From the NCBI GenBank assembly GCA_051294905.1, contig CM119371.1, positions 18,788,001 to 18,852,000 on the forward strand: a stretch of DNA of 64,000 nt, in the 5' to 3' direction. The stretch comes from Botryllus schlosseri. Taxonomy: Eukaryota. Each line of letters starts with the position of its first letter. Within the stretch, counting starts at the first letter, position 1. The position numbers were made by a program, and so were the translations under genes. The notes below the pieces were generated by a model. It was not told the DNA's origin. It saw only the letters and a list, made by a program, of their open reading frames with translations, and did no database searches. Positions 37,001 to 50,486 of the stretch are shown here, one piece after another.

Positions 37001-40000
37001 CGATCTCGGAAGTCAAGCAACGTTGGGCCCGGTTAGTACTTGCATGGGTGACCGGCTGGGAATACCGGGTGTAGTAGACGGCTTTTTCATTTTTTTCGCA
37101 CAAACTCGATCAATTTGATCGCTGCGCTGTATTCACGTATGAAGTATCGCGCGAAATTTGTAATTGTAGTCGGCCTAACACATTTTCATGATATCGCAAT
37201 CTCGTGCTGTTTTGACATGACGAAAATTCCAATAAAATAACTACTCTGACAGCGAGAGCTTACTTGTCTGTTTTTCGACCAGACACAAGAACAGAGCAGG
37301 ACGCCAATGATATTCGACCTCTAGTTGGTCAGAAAGTGCCTCGGCGCAATAAGACTATCTACTATTCTGGCGTCTCGTCGACAGCATGGCGACGGAAATT
37401 GTCACATAAAACGGCACAGATCGTAACCACTGTCGCCTACGACCATACCACGTTGAATATACCCGATCTCGTCCGATCTCGGAAGTCAAGCAACGTTGGG
37501 CCCGGTTAGTACTTGCATGGGTGACCGGCTGGGAATACCGGGTGTAGTAGACGGCTTTTTCATTTTTTTCGCACAAACTCGATCAATTTGATCGCTGCGC
37601 TGTATTCACGTATGAAGTATCGCGCGAAATTTGTAATTGTAGTCGGCCTAACACATTTTCATGATATCGCAATCTCGTGCTGTTTTGACATGACGAAAAT
37701 TCCAATAAAATAACTACTCTGACAGCGAGAGCTTACTTGTCTGTTTTTCGACCAGACACAAGAACAGAGCAGGACGCCAATGATATTCGACCTCTAGTTG
37801 GTCAGAAAGTGCCTCGGCGCAATAAGACTATCTACTATTCTGGCGTCTCGTCGACAGCATGGCGACGTAAATTGTCACATAAAACGGCACAGATCGTAAC
37901 CACTGTCGCCTACGACCATACCACGTTGAATATACCCGATCTCGTCCGATCTCGGAAGTCAAGCAACGTTGGGCCCGGTTAGTACTTGCATGGGTGACCG
38001 GCTGGGAATACCGGGTGTAGGAGACGGCTTTTTCATTTTTTTCGCACAAACTCGATCAATTTGATCGCTGCGCTGTATTCACGTATGAAGTATCGCGCGA
38101 AATTTGTAATTGTAGTCGGCCTAACACATTTTCATGATATCGAAATCTCGTGCTGTTTTTACATGACGAAAATTCCAATAAAATAACTACTCTGACAGCG
38201 AGAGCTTACTTGTCTGTTTTTCGACCAGACACAAGAACAGAGCAGGACGCCAATGATATTCGACCTCTAGTTGGTCAGAAAGTGCCTCGGCGCAATAAGA
38301 CTATCTACTATTCTGGCGTCTCGTCGACAGCATGGCGACGGAAATTGTCACATAAAACGGCACAGATCGTAACCACTGTCGCCTACGACCATACCACGTT
38401 GAATATACCCGATCTCGTCCGATCTCGGAAGTCAAGCAACGTTTGGCCCGGTTAGTACTTGCATGGGTGACCGGCTGGGAATACCGGGTGTAGTAGACGG
38501 CTTTTTCATTTTTTTCGCACAAACTCGATCAATTTGATCGCTGCGCTGTATTCACGTATGAAGTATCGCGCGAAATTTGTAATTGTAGTCGGCCTAACGC
38601 ATTTTCATTATATCGCAATCGTCTTAGAGAAACGGACAATGTCACATAAAACGGCAGAAACTGTCTCGATCTGTCGCCTACGACCATACCACGTTGAATA
38701 TACCCGATCTCGTCCGATCTCGGAAGTCAAGTAACGTTGGGCCCGGTTAGTACTTGCATGGGTTACCGGCTGGGAATACCGGGTGTAGGTAGGCGGCTTT
38801 TGCATTTTTTGTGCGCAAACTCGATCGTTTTGATTGCAACTGTTTTGTATGCGCACGTAGGCCTACGTACAACTATGATTGTCATCATTTGCTGGCCGCC
38901 GCTTATTTCAATTGGTAGTTATACTAGGCCTGACACATTGTCATTATATCGAAATCTCGTGCTGTTTTCACATGACGAAAAGTGCAATAAAATAACTACT
39001 CTGACAGCGAGAGCTTACTTGTGTGTTTGTCGACAAGATACAAGAACAGAGCAGGACGCCAATGATATTCGACCTCTAATTGGTCAGAAAGTGCCTCGGC
39101 GCAATAAGACTATCTACTATTCTGGCGTCTCGTCGACAGCATGGCGACGGAAATTGTCACATAAAACGGCACAGATCGTAACCACTGTCGCCTACGACCA
39201 TACCACGGTGAATATACCCGATCTCGTCCGATCTCGGAAGTCGAGCAACGTTGGGCCCGGTTAGTACTTGCATGGGTGACCGGCTGGGAATACCGGGTGT
39301 AGTAGACGGCTTTTTCATTTTTTTCGCACAAACTCGATCAATTTGATCGCTGCGCTGTATTCACGTATGAAGTATCGCGCGAAATTTGTAATTGTAGTCG
39401 GCCTAACACATTTTCATGATATCGCAATCTCGTGCTGTTTTGACATGACGAAAATTCCAATAAAATAACTACTCTGACAGCGAGAGCTTACTTGTCTGTT
39501 TTTCGACCAGACACAAGAACAGAGCAGGACGCCAATGATATTCGACCTCTAGTTGGTCAGAAAGTGCCTCGGCGCAATAAGACTATCTATACTATTCTGG
39601 CGTCTCGTCGACAGCATGGCGACGGAAATTGTCACATAAAACGGCACAGATCGTTACCACTGTCGCCTACGACCATACCACGTTGAATATACCCGATCTC
39701 GTCCGATCTCGGAAGTCAAGCAACGTTGGGCCCGGTTAGTACTTGCATGGGTGACCGGCTGGGAATACCGGGTGTAGTAGACGGCTTTTTCATTTTTTTC
39801 GCACAAACTCGATCAATTTGATCGCTGCGCTGTATTCACGTATGAAGTATCGCGCGAAATTTGTAATTGTAGTCGGCCTAACACATTTTCATGATATCGC
39901 AATCTCGTGCTGTTTTGACATGACGAAAATTCCAATAAAATAACTACTCTGACAGCGAGAGCTTACTTGTCTGTTTTTCGACCAGACACAAGAACAGAGC

Positions 40001-41558
40001 AGGACGCCAATGATATTCGACCTCTAGTTGGTCAGAAAGTGCCTCGGCGCAATAAGACTATCTACTATTCTGGCGTCTCGTCGACAGCATGGCGACGTAA
40101 ATTGTCACATAAAACGGCACAGATCGTAACCACTGTCGCCTACGACCATACCACGTTGAATATACCCGATCTCGTCCGATCTCGGAAGTCAAGCAACGTT
40201 GGGCCCGGTTAGTACTTGCATGGGTGACCGGCTGGGAATACCGGGTGTAGGAGACGGCTTTTTCATTTTTTTCGCACAAACTCGATCAATTTGATCGCTG
40301 CGCTGTATTCACGTATGAAGTATCGCGCGAAATTTGTAATTGTAGTCGGCCTAACACATTTTCATGATATCGCAATCTCGTGCTGTTTTGACATGACGAA
40401 AATTCCAATAAAGTAACTACTCTGACAGCGAGAGCTTACTTGTCTGTTTTTCGACCAGACACAAGAACAGAGCAGGACGCCAATGATATTCGACCTCTAG
40501 TTGGTCAGAAAGTGCCTCGGCGCAATAAGACTATCTACTATTCTGGCGTCTCGTCGACAGCATGGCGACGTAAATTGTCACATAAAACGGCACAGATCGT
40601 AACCACTGTCGCCTACGACCATACCACGTTGAATATACCCGATATCGTCCGATCTCGGAAGTCAAGCAACGTTGGGCCCGGTTAGTACTTGCATGGGTGA
40701 CCGGCTGGGAATACCGGGTGTAGGAGACGGCTTTTTCATTTTTTTCGCACAAACTCGATCAATTTGATCGCTGCGCTGTATTCACGTATGAAGTATCGCG
40801 CGAAATTTGTAATTGTAGTCGGCCTAACACATTTTCATGATATCGAAATCTCGTGCTGTTTTTACATGACGAAAATTCCAATAAAATAACTACTCTGACA
40901 GCGAGAGCTTACTTGTCTGTTTTTCGACCAGACACAAGAACAGAGCAGGACGCCAATGATATTCGACCTCTTGTTGGTCAGAAAGTGCCTCGGCGCAATA
41001 AGACTATCTATACTATTCTGGCGTCTCGTCGACAGCATGGCGACGGAAATTGTCACATAAAACGGCACAGATCGTAACCACTGTCGCCTACGACCATACC
41101 ACGTTGAATATACCCGATCTCGTCCGATCTCGGAAGTCAAGCAACGTTGGGCCCGGTTAGTACTTGCATGGGTGACCGGCTGGGAATACCGGGTGTAGTA
41201 GGCGGCTTTTTCATTTTTTTCGCACAAACTCGATCAATTTGATCGCTGCGCTGTATTCACGTATGAAGTATCGCGCGAAATTTGTAATTGTAGTCGGCCT
41301 AACACATTTTCATGATATCGCAGTCTCGTGCTGTTTTGACATGACGAAAATTCCAATAAAATAACTACTCTGACAGCGAGAGCTTACTTGTCTGTTTTTC
41401 GACCAGACACAAGAACAGAGCAGGACGACAATGATATTCGACTTCTAGTTGGTCAGAAAGTGCCTCGGCGCAATAAGACTATCTACTATTCTGGCGTCTC
41501 GTCGACAGCATGGCGACGGAAATTGTCACATAAAACGGCACAGATCGTAACCACTGTC

Positions 41559-41666
41559 GCCTACGACCATACCGCGTTGAATATACCCAATCTCGTCCGA
41601 TCTCGGAAGTCAAGCAACGTTGTGCCCGGTTAGTACTTGCATGGGTGACCGGGTGTAGTAGACGGC
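41559..41666 (+). pseudogene. 5S pseudogene with a 13-bp deletion in the 3' domain/box C
   Basis: GTGACCGGGTGTAG instead of GTGACCGGCTGGGAATACCGGGTGTAG, plus extra substitutions. Confidence 0.9.
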
Positions 41667-42301
41667 TTTTTCATTTTTTTCGCACAAACTCGATCAATTT
41701 GATCGCTGCGCTGTATTCACGTATGAAGTATCGCGCGAAATTTGTAATTGTAGTCGGCCTAACGCATTTTCATTATATCGCAATCGTCTTAGAGAAACGG
41801 ACAATGTCACATAAAACGGCAGAAACTGTCACGATCTGTCGCCTACGACCATACCACGTTGAATATACCCGATCTCGTCCGATCTCGGAAGTCAAGTAAC
41901 GTTGGGCCCGGTTAGTACTTGCATGGGTGACCGGCTGGGAATACCGGGTGTAGTAGGCGGCTTTTTCATTTTTTTCGCACAAACTCGATCAATTTGATCG
42001 CTGCGCTGTATTCACGTATGAAGTATCGCGCGAAATTTGTAATTGTAGTCGGCCTAACGCATTTTCATTATATCGCAATCGTCTAAAAGAAACGGATAAT
42101 GTCACATAAAACGGCAGAAACTGACACGATCTGTCGCCTACGACCATACCACGTTGAATATACCCGATCTCGGAAGTCAAGTAACGTTGGGCCCGGTTAG
42201 TACTTGCATGGGTGACCGGCTGGGAATACCGGGTGTAGTAGGCGGCTTTTTCATTTTTTTCGCACAAACTCGATCAATTTGATCGCTGCGCTGTATTCAC
42301 G

Positions 42302-42869
42302 GCGTCCTAAACATTGAAGATATGCGGAAACTAGAAATCGCCAAGTTTATGTATCAGTTTCACTGCGGTCGTTGCCCCGAATACTTCAATGACTTCTTTA
42401 CCTCTGAATCAAAAGCGCACAAGTACAACACACGCGCGTCCATGTCGTCCAAATATCATATGATCGACCGCGAAGATCATCGCTCCATCAAATATGCCGG
42501 ACCTGATGTGTGGAACAGTATCCCGCCGGCCATCCGACAGTCGACGAGCATGTCCACATTCAAGTCGAAATACAAGCAATTACTACTAAATAAATACAGT
42601 ACATCCTCAAGATTACCGGACCACGACTTACCTATCGATCTCGCTTCCCATGACATGCCGCCCTATTTCTTGTCGCATTCTTTTTCTATACTATCTTCTT
42701 TACTTTCATTCAGTGTGCATGCCTCCTCTTTACATCGCCTAGGCCAAGGTGGGTGTCAGATTCCATAGACTACTCCTTGTCGCTTCGACATCTTCCTGTC
42801 TTTTCATTGTATCGCATTTTTGTGGTGTATTGAACTGATAAAATTGCTAATAAACCAATGATGATGATG
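42302..42869 (+). mobile_element. 5'-truncated L2/CR1-group LINE 3' end, copy 1
   Basis: Encodes ORF2 C-terminus motifs AKFMY, HKYNTR, GPDVWNSIP..IR...S...FK; 3' UTR with AATAAA and (ATG)n tail; no TSD. Confidence 0.88.
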
Positions 42870-44218
42870 ATGAAGTATCGCGCGAAATTTGTAATTGTAG
42901 TCGGCCTAACGCATTTTCATTATATCGCAATCGTCTTAGAGAAACGGACAATGTCACAAAAAACGGCAGAAACTGTCACGATCTGTCGCCTACGACCATA
43001 CCACGTTGAATATACCCGATCTCGTCCGATCTCGGAAGTCAAGCAACGTTGGGCCCGGTTAGTACTTGCATGGGTGACCGGCTGGGAATACCGGGTGTAG
43101 TAGGCGGCTTTTTCATTTTTTTCGCACAAACTCGATCAATTTGATCGCTGCGCTGTATTCACGTATGAAGTATCGCGCGAAATTTGTACGTGTAGTCGGC
43201 CTAACACATTTTCATGATATCGAAATCTCGTGCTGTTTTTACATGACGAAAATTCCAATAAAATAACTACTCTGACAGCGAGAGCTTACTTGTCTGTTTT
43301 TCGAGCAGACACAAGAACAGAGCAGGACGCCAATGATATTCGACCTCTAGTTGGTCAGAAAGTGCCTCGGCGCAATAAGACTATCTATACTATTCTGGCG
43401 TCTCGTCGACAGCATGGCGACGTAAATTGTCACTAAAAACGGCACAGATCGTAACCACTGTCGCCTACGACCATACCGCGTTGAATATACCCGATCTCGT
43501 CCGATCTCGGAAGTCAAGCAATGTTTGGCCCGGTTAGTACTTGCATGGGTGACCGGCTGGGAATACCGGGTGTAGTAGGCGGCTTTTTCATTTTTTTCGC
43601 ACAAACTCGATCAATTTGATCGCTGCGCTGTATTCACGTATGAAGTATCGCGCGAAATTTGTAATTGTAGTCGGCCTAACGCATTTTCATTATATCGCAA
43701 TCGTCTTAGAGAAACGGACAATGTCACATAAAACGGCAGAAACTGTCACGATCTGTCGCCTACGACCATACCACGTTGAATATACCCGATCTCGTCCGAT
43801 CTCGGAAGTCAAGTAACGTTGGGCCCGGTTAGTACTTGCATGGGTGACCGGCTGGGAATACCGGGTGTAGTAGGCGGCTTTTTCATTTTTTTCGCACAAA
43901 CTCGATCAATTTGATCGCTGCGCTGTATTCACGTATGAAGTATCGCGCGAAATTTGTAATTGTAGTCGGCCTAACGCATTTTCATTATATCGCAATCGTC
44001 TAAAAGAAACGGATAATGTCACATAAAACGGCAGAAACTGACACGATCTGTCGCCTACGACCATACCACGTTGAATATACCCGATCTCGGAAGTCAAGTA
44101 ACGTTGGGCCCGGTTAGTACTTGCATGGGTGACCGGCTGGGAATACCGGGTGTAGTAGGCGGCTTTTTCATTTTTTTCGCACAAACTCGATCAATTTGAT
44201 CGCTGCGCTGTATTCACG

Positions 44219-44786
44219 GCGTCCTAAACATTGAAGATATGCGGAAACTAGAAATCGCCAAGTTTATGTATCAGTTTCACTGCGGTCGTTGCCCCGAATA
44301 CTTCAATGACTTCTTTACCTCTGAATCAAAAGCGCACAAGTACAACACACGCGCGTCCACGTCGTCCAAATATCATATGATCGACCGCGAAGATCATCGC
44401 TCCATCAAATATGCCGGACCTGATGTGTGGAACAGTATCCCGCCGGCCATCCGACAGTCGACGAGCATGTCCACATTCAAGTCGAAATACAAGCAATTAC
44501 TACTAAATAAATACAGTACATCCTCAAGATTACCGGACCACGACTGACCTATCGATCTCGCTTCCCATGACATGCCGCCCTATTTCTTGTCGCATTCTTT
44601 TTCTATACTATCTTCTTTACTTTCATTCAGTGTGCATGCCTCCTCTTTACATCGCCTAGGCCAAGGTGGGTGTCAGATTCCATAGACTACTCCTTGTCGC
44701 TTCGACATCTTCCTGTCTTTTCATTGTATCGCATTTTTGTGGTGTATTGAACTGATAAAATTGCTAATAAACCAATGATGATGATG
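44219..44786 (+). mobile_element. L2/CR1-group LINE fragment, copy 2
   Basis: Junctions identical to copy 1. Confidence 0.88.
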
Positions 44787-45377
44787 ATGAAGTATCGCGC
44801 GAAATTTGTAATTGTAGTCGGCCTAACGCATTTTCATTATATCGCAATCGTCTTAGAGAAACGGACAATGTCACATAAAACGGCAGAAACTGTCACGATC
44901 TGTCGCCTACGACCATACCACGTTGAATATACCCGATCTCGTCCGATCTCGGAAGTCAAGTAACGTTGGGCCCGGTTAGTACTTGCATGGGTGACCGGCT
45001 GGGAATACCGGGTGTAGTAGGCGGCTTTTTCATTTTTTTCGCACAAACTCGATCAATTTGATCGCTGCGCTGTATTCACGTATGAAGTATCGCGCGAAAT
45101 TTGTAATTGTAGTCGGCCTAACACATTTTCATGATATCGCAATCTCGTGCTGTTTTGACATGACGAAAATTCCAATAAAATAACTACTCTGACAGCGAGA
45201 GCTTACTTGTCTGTTTTTCGACCAGACACAAGAACAGGGCAGGACGACAATGATATTCGACTTCTAGTTGGTCAGAAAGTGCCTCGGCGCAATAAGACTA
45301 TCTACTATTCTGGCGTCTCGTCGACAGCATGGCGACGGAAATTGTCACATAAAACGGCACAGATCGTAACCACTGTC

Positions 45378-45485
45378 GCCTACGACCATACCGCGTTGAA
45401 TATACCCGATCTCGTCCGATCTCGGAAGTCAAGCAACGTTGGGCCCGGTTAGTACTTGCATGGGTGACCGGGTGTAGTAGACGGC
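45378..45485 (+). pseudogene. 5S pseudogene with the 13-bp deletion
   Basis: Same ACCGG-bounded deletion. Confidence 0.9.
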
Positions 45486-46120
45486 TTTTTCATTTTTTTC
45501 GCACAAACTCGATCAATTTGATCGCTGCGCTGTATTCACGTATGAAGTATCGCGCGAAATTTGTAATTGTAGTCGGCCTAACGCATTTTCATTATATCGC
45601 AATCGTCTTAGAGAAACGGACAATGTCACATAAAACGGCAGAAACTGTCACGATCTGTCGCCTACGACCATACCACGTTGAATATACCCGATCTCGTCCG
45701 ATCTCGGAAGTCAAGTAACGTTGGGCCCGGTTAGTACTTGCATGGGTGACCGGCTGGGAATACCGGGTGTAGTAGGCGGCTTTTTCATTTTTTTTGCACA
45801 AACTCGATCAATTTGATCGCTGCGCTGTATTCACGTATGAAGTATCGCGCGAAATTTGTAATTGTAGTCGGCCTAACGCATTTTCATTATATCGCAATCG
45901 TCTAAAAGAAACGGATAATGTCACATAAAACGGCAGAAACTGACACGATCTGTCGCCTACGACCATACCACGTTGAATATACCCGATCTCGGAAGTCAAG
46001 TAACGTTGGGCCCGGTTAGTACTTGCATGGGTGACCGGCTGGGAATACCGGGTGTAGTAGGCGGCTTTTTCATTTTTTTCGCACAAACTCGATCAATTTG
46101 ATCGCTGCGCTGTATTCACG

Positions 46121-46688
46121 GCGTCCTAAACATTGAAGATATGCGGAAACTAGAAATCGCCAAGTTTATGTATCAGTTTCACTGCGGTCGTTGCCCCGAA
46201 TACTTCAATGACTTCTTTACCTCTGAATCAAAAGCGCACAAGTACAACACACGCGCGTCCACGTCGTCCAAATATCATATGATCGACCGCGAAGATCATC
46301 GCTCCATCAAATATGCCGGACCTGATGTGTGGAACAGTATCCCGCCGGCCATCCGACAGTCGACGAGCATGTCCACATTCAAGTCGAAATACAAGCAATT
46401 ACTACTAAATAAATACAGTACATCCTCAAGATTACCGGACCACGACTGACCTATCGATCTCGCTTCCCATGACATGCCGCCCTATTTCTTGTCGCATTCT
46501 TTTTCTATACTATCTTCTTTACTTTCATTCAGTGTGCATGCCTCCTCTTTACATCGCCTAGGCCAAGGTGGGTGTCAGATTCCATAGACTACTCCTTGTC
46601 GCTTCGACATCTTCCTGTCTTTTCATTGTATCGCATTTTTGTGGTGTATTGAACTGATAAAATTGCTAATAAACCAATGATGATGATG
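46121..46688 (+). mobile_element. L2/CR1-group LINE fragment, copy 3
   Basis: Identical junctions. Confidence 0.88.
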
Positions 46689-49175
46689 ATGAAGTATCGC
46701 GCGAAATTTGTAATTGTAGTCGGCCTAACGCATTTTCATTATATCGCAATCGTCTTAGAGAAACGGACAATGTCACATAAAACGGCAGAAACTGTCACGA
46801 TCTGTCGCCTACGACCATACCACGTTGAATATACCCGATCTCGTCCGATCTCGGAAGTCAAGTAACGTTGGGCCCGGTTAGTACTTGCATGGGTGACCGG
46901 CTGGGAATACCGGGTGTAGTAGGCGGCTTTTTCATTTTTTTCGCACAAACTCGATCAATTTGATCGCTGCGCTGTATTCACGTATGAAGTATCGCGCGAA
47001 ATTTGTAATTGTAGTCGGCCTAACACATTTTCATGATATCGAAATCTCGTGCTGTTTTTACATGACGAAAATTCCAATAAAATAACTACTCTGACAGCGA
47101 GAGCTTACTTGTCTGTTTTTCGACCAGACACAAGAACAGAGCAGGACGCCAATGATATTCGACCTCTTGTTGGTCAGAATGTGCCTCGGCGCAATAAGAC
47201 TATCTATACTATTCTGGCGTCTCGTCGACAGCATGGCGACGGAAATTGTCACATAAAACGGCACAGATCGTAACCACTGTCGCCTACGACCATACCACGT
47301 TGAATATACCCGATCTCGTCCGATCTCGGAAGTCAAGCAACGTTGGGCCCGGTTAGTACTTGCATGGGTGACCGGCTGGGAATACCGGGTGTAGTAGACG
47401 GCTTTTTCATTTTTTTCGCACAAACTCGATCAATTTGATCGCTGCGCTGTATTCACGTATGAAGTATCGCGCGAAATTTGTAATTGTAGTCGGCCTAACA
47501 CATTTTCATGATATCGCAATCTCGTGCTGTTTTGACATGACGAAAATTCCAATAAAATAACTACTCTGACAGCGAGAGCTTACTTGTCTGTTTTTCGACC
47601 AGACACAAGAACAGAGCAGGACGCCAATGATATTCGACCTCTAGTTGGTCAGAAAGTGCCTCGGCGCAATAAGACTATCTACTATTCTGGCGTCTCGTCG
47701 ACAGCATGGCGACGGAAATTGTCACATAAAACGGCACAGATCGTAACCACTGTCGCCTACGACCATACCACGTTGAATATACCCGATCTCGTCCGATCTC
47801 GGAAGTCAAGCAACGTTGGGCCCGGTTAGTACTTGCATGGGTGACCGGCTGGGAATACCGGGTGTAGTAGACGGCTTTTTCATTTTTTTCGCACAAACTC
47901 GATCAATTTGATCGCTGCGCTGTATTCACGTATGAAGTATCGCGCGAAATTTGTAATTGTAGTCGGCCTAACACATTTTCATGATATCGCAATCTCGTGC
48001 TGTTTTGACATGACGAAAATTCCAATAAAATAACTACTCTGACAGCGAGAGCTTACTTGTCTGTTTTTCGACCAGACACAAGAACAGAGCAGGACGCCAA
48101 TGATATTCGACCTCTAGTTGGTCAGAAAGTGCCTCGGCGCAATAAGACTATCTACTATTCTGGCGTCTCGTCGACAGCATGGCGACGTAAATTGTCACAT
48201 AAAACGGCACAGATCGTAACCACTGTCGCCTACGACCATACCACGTTGAATATACCCGATCTCGTCCGATCTCGGAAGTCAAGCAACGTTGGGCCCGGTT
48301 AGTACTTGCATGGGTGACCGGCTGGGAATACCGGGTGTAGGAGACGGCTTTTTCATTTTTTTCGCACAAACTCGATCAATTTGATCGCTGCGCTGTATTC
48401 ACGTATGAAGTATCGCGCGAAATTTGTAATTGTAGTCGGCCTAACACATTTTCATGATATCGAAATCTCGTGCTGTTTTTACATGACGAAAATTCCAATA
48501 AAATAACTACTCTGACAGCGAGAGCTTACTTGTCTGTTTTTCGACCAGACACAAGAACAGAGCAGGACGCCAATGATATTCGACCTCTTGTTGGTCAGAA
48601 AGTGCCTCGGCGCAATAAGACTATCTATACTATTCTGGCGTCTCGTCGACAGCATGGCGACGGAAATTGTCACATAAAACGGCACAGATCGTAACCACTG
48701 TCGCCTACGACCATACCACGTTGAATATACCCGATCTCGTCCGATCTCGGAAGTCAAGCAACGTTGGGCCCGGTTAGTACTTGCATGGGTGACCGGCTGG
48801 GAATACCGGGTGTAGTAGGCGGCTTTTTCATTTTTTTCGCACAAACTCGATCAATTTGATCGCTGCGCTGTATTCACGTATGAAGTATCGCGCGAAATTT
48901 GTAATTGTAGTCGGCCTAACACATTTTCATGATATCGCAGTCTCGTGCTGTTTTGACATGACGAAAATTCCAATAAAATAACTACTCTGACAGCGAGAGC
49001 TTACTTGTCTGTTTTTCGACCAGACACAAGAACAGAGCAGGACGACAATGATATTCGACTTCTAGTTGGTCAGAAAGTGCCTCGGCGCAATAAGACTATC
49101 TACTATTCTGGCGTCTCGTCGACAGCATGGCGACGGAAATTGTCACATAAAACGGCACAGATCGTAACCACTGTC

Positions 49176-49283
49176 GCCTACGACCATACCGCGTTGAATA
49201 TACCCAATCTCGTCCGATCTCGGAAGTCAAGCAACGTTGTGCCCGGTTAGTACTTGCATGGGTGACCGGGTGTAGTAGACGGC
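49176..49283 (+). pseudogene. 5S pseudogene with the 13-bp deletion
   Basis: Same ACCGG-bounded deletion and same extra substitutions as the 41559 copy. Confidence 0.9.
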
Positions 49284-49918
49284 TTTTTCATTTTTTTCGC
49301 ACAAACTCGATCAATTTGATCGCTGCGCTGTATTCACGTATGAAGTATCGCGCGAAATTTGTAATTGTAGTCGGCCTAACGCATTTTCATTATATCGCAA
49401 TCGTCTTAGAGAAACGGACAATGTCACATAAAACGGCAGAAACTGTCACGATCTGTCGCCTACGACCATACCACGTTGAATATACCCGATCTCGTCCGAT
49501 CTCGGAAGTCAAGTAACGTTGGGCCCGGTTAGTACTTGCATGGGTGACCGGCTGGGAATACCGGGTGTAGTAGGCGGCTTTTTCATTTTTTTCGCACAAA
49601 CTCGATCAATTTGATCGCTGCGCTGTATTCACGTATGAAGTATCGCGCGAAATTTGTAATTGTAGTCGGCCTAACGCATTTTCATTATATCGCAATCGTC
49701 TAAAAGAAACGGATAATGTCACATAAAACGGCAGAAACTGACACGATCTGTCGCCTACGACCATACCACGTTGAATATACCCGATCTCGGAAGTCAAGTA
49801 ACGTTGGGCCCGGTTAGTACTTGCATGGGTGACCGGCTGGGAATACCGGGTGTAGTAGGCGGCTTTTTCATTTTTTTCGCACAAACTCGATCAATTTGAT
49901 CGCTGCGCTGTATTCACG

Positions 49919-50486
49919 GCGTCCTAAACATTGAAGATATGCGGAAACTAGAAATCGCCAAGTTTATGTATCAGTTTCACTGCGGTCGTTGCCCCGAATA
50001 CTTCAATGACTTCTTTACCTCTGAATCAAAAGCGCACAAGTACAACACACGCGCGTCCACGTCGTCCAAATATCATATGATCGACCGCGAAGATCATCGC
50101 TCCATCAAATATGCCGGACCTGATGTGTGGAACAGTATCCCGCCGGCCATCCGACAGTCGACGAGCATGTCCACATTCAAGTCGAAATACAAGCAATTAC
50201 TACTAAATAAATACAGTACATCCTCAAGATTACCGGACCACGACTGACCTATCGATCTCGCTTCCCATGACATGCCGCCCTATTTCTTGTCGCATTCTTT
50301 TTCTATACTATCTTCTTTACTTTCATTCAGTGTGCATGCCTCCTCTTTACATCGCCTAGGCCAAGGTGGGTGTCAGATTCCATAGACTACTCCTTGTCGC
50401 TTCGACATCTTCCTGTCTTTTCATTGTATCGCATTTTTGTGGTGTATTGAACTGATAAAATTGCTAATAAACCAATGATGATGATG
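49919..50486 (+). mobile_element. L2/CR1-group LINE fragment, copy 4
   Basis: Identical junctions. Confidence 0.88.

Noticed and set aside
42322..42768. 102-148 aa ORF as an independent gene
   Set aside because: It is the C-terminal tail of a truncated LINE ORF2. The ATG is an internal Met, and the 148-aa version comes from a stop-loss SNP.
42136..42869. 5S-derived SINE (SINE3: 5S head plus LINE tail)
   Set aside because: The LINE fragment is separated from the 5S gene by an intact Pol III terminator and spacer, and the copies are tandem duplicates, not dispersed retrocopies.
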